A DNA stretch of 64,000 nucleotides from Eledone cirrhosa. Taxonomy: Eukaryota. The position numbers were made by a program, and so were the translations under genes. The notes under the pieces were generated by a model, which saw only the letters and a program-made list of their open reading frames with translations, did not search any database and was not told where the DNA came from. The first letter of the stretch is position 1. Each line of letters starts with the position of its first letter. Below, piece by piece: positions 53,901 through 64,000 of the stretch. Location of the stretch: the NCBI GenBank assembly GCA_964016885.1, contig OZ024742.1, positions 343,418,001 through 343,482,000 of the forward strand. Reading direction: 5' to 3'.

Positions 53901-56900
53901 AAGACAGGAACACTACATCTATTCCCTAAATATATCTCTCTATTGGAAGACAGTAACACTACATCTATTCCCTAAATATATCTCTACTGGAAGACAGTAA
54001 CACTACATCTATTCCCTAAATATTTCTCTCTATTGGAAGACAGTAACACTACATCTATTCCCTAAATATATCTCTACTGGAAGACAGTAACACTACATCT
54101 ATTCCCTAAATATATCTCTCTACTGGAAGACAGTAACACTACATCTATTCCCTAAATATATCTCTCTACTGGAAGACAGTAACACTACATCTATTCCCTA
54201 AATATATCTCTCTACTGGAAGACAGTAACACTACATCTATTCCCTAAATATATCTCTTTACTGGAAGACAGTAACACTACATCTATTCCCTAAATATATC
54301 TCTCTATTGGAAGACAGTAACACTACATCTATTCCCTAAATATATCTCTACTGGAAGACAGTAACACTACATCTATTCCCTAAATATTTCTCTCTATTGG
54401 AAGACAGTAACACTACATCTATTCCCTAAATATATCTCTACTGGAAGACAGTAACACTACATCTATTCCCTAAATATATCTCTCTACTGGAAGACAGTAA
54501 CACTACATCTATTCCCTAAATATATCTCTTTATTGGAAGACAGTAACACTACATCTATTCCCTAAATATTTCTCTCTATTGGAAGACAGTAACACTACAT
54601 CTATTCCCTAAATATATCTCTACTGGAAGACAGTAACACTACATCTATTCCCTAAATATATCTCTCTACTGGAAGATAGTAACACTACATCTATTCCCTA
54701 AATATATCTCTTTACTGGAAGACAGTAACACTACATCTATTCCCTAAATATTTCTCTCTATTGGAAGACAGTAACACTACATCTATTCCCTAAATATTTC
54801 TCGTTATTGGAAGACAGTAACACTACATCTATTCCCTAAATATATTTCTACTGGAAGACAGTAACACTACATCTATTCCCTAAATATATCTCTTTATTGG
54901 AAGACAGTAACACTACATCTATTCCCTAAATATATCTCTCTACTGGAAGATAGTAACACTACATCTATTCCCTAAACATATCTCTCTACTGGAAGACAGT
55001 AACACTACATCTATTCCCTAAATATATCTCTACTGGAAGACAGTAACACTACATCTATTCCCTAAATATATCTCTACTGGAAGACAGTAACACTACATCT
55101 ATTCCCTAAACATATCTCTCTACTGGAAGACAGTAACACTACATCTATTCCCTAAATATATCTCTCTACTGGAAGACAGTAACACTACATCTATTCCCTA
55201 AATATATCTCTCTATTGGAAGACAGTAACACTACATCTATTCCCTAAATATTTCTCTCTATTGGAAGACAGTAACACTACATCTATTCCCTAAATACTTC
55301 TCTCTATTGGAAGACAGTAACACTATATCTATTCCCTAAATATATCTCTACTGGAAGACAGTAACACTACATCTATTCCCTAAATATCTCTCTATATTGG
55401 AAGACAGTAACACTACATCCAATCCCCAAATATATCTCTTTATTGGAAGACAGTAACACTACATCTATTCCCTAAATATATCTCTCTACTGGAAGACAGT
55501 AACACTACATCTATTCCCTAAATATATCTCTCTACTGGAAGACAGCAACACTACATCTATTCCCTAAATATATCTCTCTACTGGAAGACAGTAACACTAC
55601 ATCTATTCCCTAAATATATCTCTCTACTGGAAGACAGTAACACTACATCTATTCCCTAAATATATCTCTTTACTGGAAGACAGTAACACTACATCTGTTC
55701 CCTAAATATATCTCTCTACTGGAAGACAGTAACACTACATCTATTCCCTAAATATATCTCTCTACTGGAAGACAGCAACACTACATCTATTCCCTAAATA
55801 TATCTCTTTACGGGAAGACAGTAACACTACATCTATTCCCTAAATATATCTCTCTATTGGAAGACAGTAACACTACATCTATTCCCTAAATATATCTCTA
55901 CTGGAAGACAGTAACACTACATCTATTCCCTAAATATTTCTCTCTATTGGAAGACAGTAACACTACATCTATTCCCTAAATATTTCTCTCTATTGGAAGA
56001 CAGTAACACTACATCTATTCCCTAAATATTTCTCTCTATTGGAAGACAGTAACACATCTATTCCCTAAATATTTCTCGTTATTGGAAGACAGTAACACTA
56101 CATATATTCCCTAAATATATCTCTACTGGAAGACAGTAACACTACATCTATTCCCTAAATATATCTCTCTACTGGAAGACAGTAACACTAGATCTATTCC
56201 CTAAATATATCTCTCTACTGGAAGACAGTAACACTACATCTATTCCCTAAATATATCTCTCTATTGGAAGACAGTAACACTACATCTATTCCCTAAATAT
56301 TTCTCTCTATTGGAAGACAGTAACACTACATCTATTCCCTAAATATTTCTCTCTATTGGAAGACAGTAACACTACATCTATTCCCTAAATATATCTCTCT
56401 ACTGGAAGACAGTAACACTACATCTAAACCCTAAATATATCTCTTTATTGGAAGACAGTAACCCTACATCTATTACCTAAATATATCTCTACTGGAAGAC
56501 AGTAACACTACATCTATTCCCTAAATATTTCTCTCTATTGGAAGACAGTAACACTACATCTATTCCCTAAATATATCTCAAATGGAAGACAGTAACACTA
56601 CATCTATTCCCTAAATATATATCTCTACTGGAAGACAGTAACACTACATCTATTACCTAAATATATCTCTACTGGAAGACAGTAACACTATATCTATTCC
56701 CTAAATATTTCTCTCTATTGGAAGACAGTAACACTACATCTATTCCCTAAATATATCTCTACTGGAAGACAGTAACACTACATCTATTCCCTAAATATAT
56801 CTCTCTACTGAAAGACAGTAACACTACATCTATTACCTAAATATATCTCTACTGGAAGACAGTAACACTACATCTATTCCCTAAATATTTCTCTCTATTG

Positions 56901-59900
56901 GAAGACAGTAACACTACATCTATTCCCTAAATATATCTCTACTGGAAGACAGTAACCCTACATCTATTACCTAAATATATCTCTACTGGAAGACAGTAAC
57001 ACTACATCTATTCCCTAAATATCTCTCTATACTGGAAGTCAGTAACACTACATCCAATCCCCAAATATATCTCTTTATTGGAAGACAGTAACACTACATC
57101 TATTCCCTAAATATATCTCTATACTGGAAGACAGTAACACTACATCTATTCCCTAAATATATCTCTCTACTGGAAGACAGTAACACTACATCTATTCCCT
57201 AAATATATCTCTCTACTGGAAGACAGCAACACTACATCTATTCCCTAAATATATCTCTCTACTGGAAGACAGTAACACTACATCTATTCCCTAAATATAT
57301 CTCTCTACTGGAAGACAGTAATACTACATCTATTCCCTAAATATATCTCTCTACTGGAAGACAGTAACACTACATCTATTCCCTAAATATATCTCTCTAC
57401 TGGAAGACAGCAACACTACATCTATTCCTTAAATATATCTCTTTACTGGAAGACAGTAACACTACATCTATTCCCTGAATATATCTCTCTATTGGAAGAC
57501 AGTAACACTACATCTATTCCCTAAATATATCTCTACTGGAAGACAGTAACACTACATCTATTCCCTAAATATATCTCTCTACTGGAAAACAGTAACACTA
57601 AATCTATTCCCTAAATATATCTCTTTATTGGAAGACAGTAACACTACATCTATTCCCTAAATATATCTCTCTACTGGAGGACAGTAACACTACATCTATT
57701 CCCTAAATATATCTCTTTACTGGAAGACAGTAACACTACATCTATTCCCTAAATATATCTCTCTATTGGAAGACAGTAACACTACATCTATTCCCTAAAT
57801 ATATCTCTACTGGAAGACAGTAACACTACATCTATTCCCTAAATATTTCTCTCTATTGGAAGACAGTAACACTACATCTATTCCCTAAATATATCTCTAC
57901 TGGAAGACAGTAACACTACATCTATTCCCTAAATATATCTCTCTACTGGAAGACAGTAACACTACATCTATTCCCTAAATATATCTTTCTACTGGAAGAC
58001 AGTAACACTACATCTATTCCCTAAATATATCTCTCTACTGGAAGACAGTAACCCTACATCTATTCCCTAATTATATCTCTTTACTGGAAGACAGTAACAC
58101 TACATCTATTCCCTAAATATATCTCTCTATTGGAAGACAGTAACACTACATCTATTCCCTAAATATATCTCTACTGGAAGACAGTAACACTACATCTATT
58201 CCCTAAATATTTCTCTCTATTGGAAGACAGTAACACTACATCTATTCCCTAAATATATCTCTACTGGAAGACAGTAACACTACATCTATTCCCTAAATAT
58301 ATCTCTCTACTGGAAGACAGTAACACTACATCTATTCCCTAAATATATCTCTTTATTGGAAGACAGTAACACTACATCTATTCCCTAAATATTTCTCTCT
58401 ATTGGAAGACAGTAACACTACATCTATTCCCTAAATATATCTCTACTGGAAGACAGCAACACTACATCTATTCCCTAAATATATCTCTCTACTGGAAGAC
58501 AGTAACACTACATCTATTCCCTAAATATATCTCTTTATTGGAAGACAGTAACACTACATCTATTCCCTAAATATTTCTCTCTATTGGAAGACAGTAACAC
58601 TACATCTATTCCCTAAATATTTCTCGTTATTGGAAGACAGTAACACTACATCTATTCCCTAAATATATCTCTACTGGAAGACAGTAACACTACATCTATT
58701 CCCTAAATATATCTCTCTACTGGAAAACAGTAACACTAGATCTATTCCCTAAATATATCTCTCTACTGGAAGACAGTAACACTACATCTATTCCCTAAAT
58801 ATATCTCTCTACTGGAAGACAGTAACACTACATCTAAACCCTAAATATATCTCTTTATTGGAAGACAGTAACCCTACATCTATTAACTAAATATATCACT
58901 ACTGGAAGACAGTAACACTACATCTATTCCCTAAATATCTCTCTATATTGGAAGACAGTAACACTACATCCAATCCCCAAATATATCTCTTTATTGGAAG
59001 ACAGTAACACTACATCTATTCCCTAAATATATCTCTCTACTGGAAGACAGTAACACTACATCTATTCCCTAAATATATCTCTCTACTGGAAGACAGCAAC
59101 ACTACATCTATTCCCTAAATATATCTCTCTACTGGAAGACAGTAACACTACATCTATTCCCTAAATATATCTCTCTACTGGAAGACAGTAACACTACATC
59201 TATTCCCTAAATATATCTCTTTACTGGAAGACAGTAACACTACATCTATTCCCTAAATATATCTCTCTACTGGAAGACAGTAACACTACATCTATTCCCT
59301 AAATATTTCTCGTTATTGGAAGACAGTAACACTACATCTATTCCCTAAATATATCTCTACTGGAAGACAGTAACACTACATCTATTCCCTAAATATATCT
59401 CTCTATGGAAGACAGTAACACTAGATCTATTCCCTAAATATATCTCTCTACTGGAAGACAGTAACACTACATCTATTCCCTAAATATATCTCTCTATTGG
59501 AAGACAGTAACACTACATCTATTCCCTAAATATTTCTCTCTATTGGAAGACAGTAACACTACATCTATTCCCTAAATATTTCTCTCTATTGGAAGACAGT
59601 TACACTATATCTATTCCCTAAATATATCTCTACTGGAAGACAGTAACACTACATCTATTCCCTAAATATATCTCTCTACTGGAAGACAGTAACACTACAT
59701 CTAAACCCTAAATATATCTCTTTATTGGAAGACAGTAACCCTACATCTATTACCTAAATATATCTCTACTGGAAGACAGTTACACTACATCTATTCCCGA
59801 AATATTTCTCTCTATTGGAAGACAGTAACACTACATCTATTCCCTAAATATATCTCTACTGGAAGACAGTAACACTACATCTATTCCCTAAATATATCCC

Positions 59901-62900
59901 TCTACTGGAAGACAGTAACACTACATCTATTCCCTAAATATATCTCTTTACTGGAAGACAGTAACACTACATCTATTCCCTAAATATATCTCTCTATTGG
60001 AAGACAGTAACACTACATCTATTCCCTAAATATATCTCTACTGGAAGACAGTAACACTACATCTAAACCCTAAATATATCTCTTTATTGGAAGACAGTAA
60101 CCCTACATCTATTACCTAAATATATCTCTACTGGAAGACAGTAACACTACATCTATTCCCTAAATATCTCTCTATACTGGAAGTCAGTAACACTACATCC
60201 AATCCCCAAATATATCTCTTTATTGGAAGACAGTAACACTACATCTATTCCCTAAATATATCTCTATACTGGAAGACAGTAACACTACATCTATTCCCTA
60301 AATATATCTCTCTACTGGAAGACAGTAACACTACATCTATTCCCTAAATATATCTCTCTACTGGAAGACAGCAACACTACATCTATTCCCTAAATATATC
60401 TCTCTACTGGAAGACAGTAACACTACATCTATTCCCTAAATATATCTCTCTACTGGAAGACAGTAATACTACATCTATTCCCTAAATATATCTCTCTACT
60501 GGAAGACAGTAACACTACATCTATTCCCTAAATATCTCTCTCTACTGGAAGACAGCAACACTACATCTATTCCCTAAATATATCTCTTTACTGGAAGACA
60601 GTAACACTACATCTATTCCCTGAATATATCTCTCTATTGGAAGACAGTAACACTACATCTATTCCCTAAATATATCTCTACTGGAAGACAGTAACACTAC
60701 ATCTATTCCCTAAATATTTCTCTCTATTGGAAGACAGTAACACTACATCTATTCCCTAAATATATCTCTACTGGAAGACAGTAACACTACATCTATTCCC
60801 TAAATATATCTCTCTACTGGAAGACAGTAACACTACATCTATTCCCTAAATATATCTCTTTATTGGAAGACAGTAACACTACATCTATTCCCTAAATATA
60901 TCTCTCTACTGGAAGACAGTAACACTACATCTATTCCCTAAATATATCTCTTTACTGGAAGACAGTAACACTACATCTATTCCCTAAATACATCTCTCTA
61001 TTGAAAGACAGTAACACTACATCTATTCCCTAAATATATCTCTACTGGAAGACAGTAACACTACATCTATTCCCTAAATATTTCTCTCTATTGGAAGACA
61101 GTAACACTACATCTATTCCCTAAATATATCTCTACTGGAAGACAGTAACACTACATCTATTCCCTAAATATATCTCTCTACTGGAAGACAGTAACACTAC
61201 ATCTATTCCCGAAATATATCTCTTTATTGGAAGACAGTAACACTATATCTATTCCCTAAATATATCTCTCTATTGGAAGACAGTAACACTACATCTATTC
61301 CCTAAATATATCTCTACTGGAAGACAGTAACACTACATCTATTCCCTAAATATATCTCTCTACTGGAAGACAGTAACACTACATCTATTCCCTAAATATA
61401 TCTCTTTATTGGAAGACAGTAACACTACATCTATTCCCTAAATATTTCTCTCTATTGGAAGACAGTAACACTACATCTATTCCCTAAATATTTCTCGTTA
61501 TTGGAAGACAGTAACACTACATCTATTCCCTAAATATATCTCTACTGGAAGACAGTAACACTACATCTATTCCCTAAATATATCTCTCTACTGGAAGACA
61601 GTAACACTAGATCTATTCCCTAAATATATCTCTACTGGAAGACAGTAACACTACATCTATTCCCTAAATATATCTCTCTATGGAAGACAGTAACACTAGA
61701 TCTATTCCCTAAATATATCTCTCTACTGGAAGACAGTAACACTACATCTATTCCCTAAATATATCTCTCTATTGGAAGACAGTAACACTACATCTATTCC
61801 CTAAATATTTCTCTCTATTGGAAGACAGTAACACTACATCTATTCCCTAAATATTTCTCTCTATTGGAAGACAGTTACACTATATCTATTCCCTAAATAT
61901 ATCTCTACTGGAAGACAGTAACACTACATCTATTCCCTAAATATATCTCTCTACTGGAAGACAGTAACACTACATCTAAACCCTAAATATATCTCTTTAT
62001 TGGAAGACAGTAACCCTACATCTATTACCTAAATATATCTCTACTGGAAGACAGTTACACTACATCTATTCCCGAAATATTTCTCTCTATTGGAAGACAG
62101 TAACACTACATCTATTCCCTAAATATATCTCTACTGGAAGACAGTAACACTACATCTATTCCCTAAATATATCCCTCTACTGGAAGACAGTAACACTACA
62201 TCTATTCCCTAAATATATCTCTTTACTGGAAGACAGTAACACTACATCTATTCCCTAAATATATCTCTCTATTGGAAGACAGTAACACTACATCTATTCC
62301 CTAAATATATCTCTACTGGAAGACAGTAACACTACATCTAAACCCTAAATATATCTCTTTATTGGAAGACAGTAACCCTACATCTATTACCTAAATATAT
62401 CTCTACTGGAAGACAGTAACACTACATCTATTCCCTAAATATCTCTCTATACTGGAAGTCAGTAACACTACATCCAATCCCCAAATATATCTCTTTATTG
62501 GAAGACAGTAACACTACATCTATTCCCTAAATATATCTCTATACTGGAAGACAGTAACACTACATCTATTCCCTAAATATATCTCTCTACTGGAAGACAG
62601 TAACACTACATCTATTCCCTAAATATATCTCTCTACTGGAAGACAGCAACACTACATCTATTCCCTAAATATATCTCTCTACTGGAAGACAGTAACACTA
62701 CATCTATTCCCTAAATATATCTCTCTACTGGAAGACAGTAATACTACATCTATTCCCTAAATATATCTCTCTACTGGAAAACAGTAACACTACATCTATT
62801 CCCTAAATATATCTCTCTACTGGAAGACAGCAACACTACATCTATTCCCTAAATATATCTCTCTACTGGAAGACAGTAACACTACATCTATTCCCTAAAT

Positions 62901-64000
62901 ATATCTCTCTACTGGAAGACAGTAACACTACATCTATTCCCTAAATATATCTCTTTACTGGAAGACAGTAACACTACATCTATTCCCTGAATATATCTCT
63001 CTATTGGAAGACAGTAACACTACATCTATTCCCTAAATATATCTCTACTGGAAGACAGTAACACTACATCTATTCCCTAAATATTTCTCTCTATTGGAAG
63101 ACAGTAACACTACATCTATTCCCTAAATATATCTCTACTGGAAGACAGTAACACTACATCTATTCCCTAAATATATCTCTCTACTGGAAGACAGTAACAC
63201 TACATCTATTCCCTAAATATATCTCTTTATTGGAAGACAGTAACACTACATCTATTCCCTAAATATATCTCTCTACTGGAAGACAGTAACACTACATCTA
63301 TTCCCTAAATATATCTCTTTACTGGAAGACAGTAACACTACATCTATTCCCTAAATACATCTCTCTATTGGAAGACAGTAACACTACATCTATTCCCTAA
63401 ATATATCTCTACTGGAAGACAGTAAGACTACATCTATTCCCTAAATATTTCTCTCTATTGGAAGACAGTAACACTACATCTATTCCCGAAATATATCTCC
63501 ACTGGAAGACAGTAACACTACATCTATTCCCTAAATATATCTCTCTACTGGAAGACAGTAACACTACATCTATTCCCTAAATATATCTCTCTACTAGAAG
63601 ACAGTAACACTACATCTATTCCCTAAATATATCTCTTTATTGGAAGACAGTAACCCTACATCTATTACCTAAATATATCTCTACTGGAAGACAGTTACAC
63701 TACATCTATTCCCGAAATATTTCTCTCTATTGGAAGACAGTAACACTACATCTATTCCCTAAATATATCTCTACTGGAAGACAGTAACACTACATCTATT
63801 CCCTAAATATATCCCTCTACTGGAAGACAGTAACACTACATCTATTCCCTAAATATATCTCTTTACTGGAAGACAGTAACACTACATCTATTCCCTAAAT
63901 ATATCTCCCTATTGGAAGACAGTAACACTACATCTATTCCCTAAATATATCTCTACTGGAAGACAGTAACACTACATCTAAACCTTAAATATATCTCTTT

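Larger units (their letters stand above)
25764..64000. repeat. Satellite array, 46-bp monomer (44-bp variants) TACTGGAAGACAGTAACACTACATCTATTCCCTAAATATATCTCTC, roughly 700 copies, continuing past the window end
   Basis: Continuous head-to-tail repeats in a single orientation, interrupted only by LTR sequences. Confidence 0.99.

Noticed and set aside
25764-64000. CRISPR-like array (short hairpin-containing repeat)
   Set aside because: There are no unique spacers and no cas genes; monomers are head-to-tail in a eukaryotic context.

Overview
Repeat-only eukaryotic DNA with no host protein-coding gene that I can support. The AT-richness, (TA)n/(CA)n tracts and RTE/SINE families suggest an invertebrate, plausibly an octopus (inference). 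Bases 1-25.7 kb are a nested graveyard of retroelements and transposons. These include RTE-clade LINE copies whose RT carries an in-frame PHD finger, their tRNA-derived partner SINEs, two clades of Penelope-like elements, fold-back repeats, and at least six hammerhead-ribozyme motifs (two with a compensatory U3-A8 core). There are also a CRE-like endonuclease fragment, a hAT/Charlie MITE and transposase fragment, a Helitron-like element and a Tx1-like RT fragment. Bases 25.76-64 kb are a 44/46-bp satellite array with higher-order duplications (412, 2275, 5044 and about 13,036 bp). The array hosts two copies of a 2.0-2.2 kb non-coding LTR retroelement and four solo LTRs, all at the same TATA phase of the monomer. 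The element's primer-binding site is a 32-nt copy of the tRNA-Trp 3' half with A->T exactly at tRNA position 58, and a second PBS-like motif lies just inside it.
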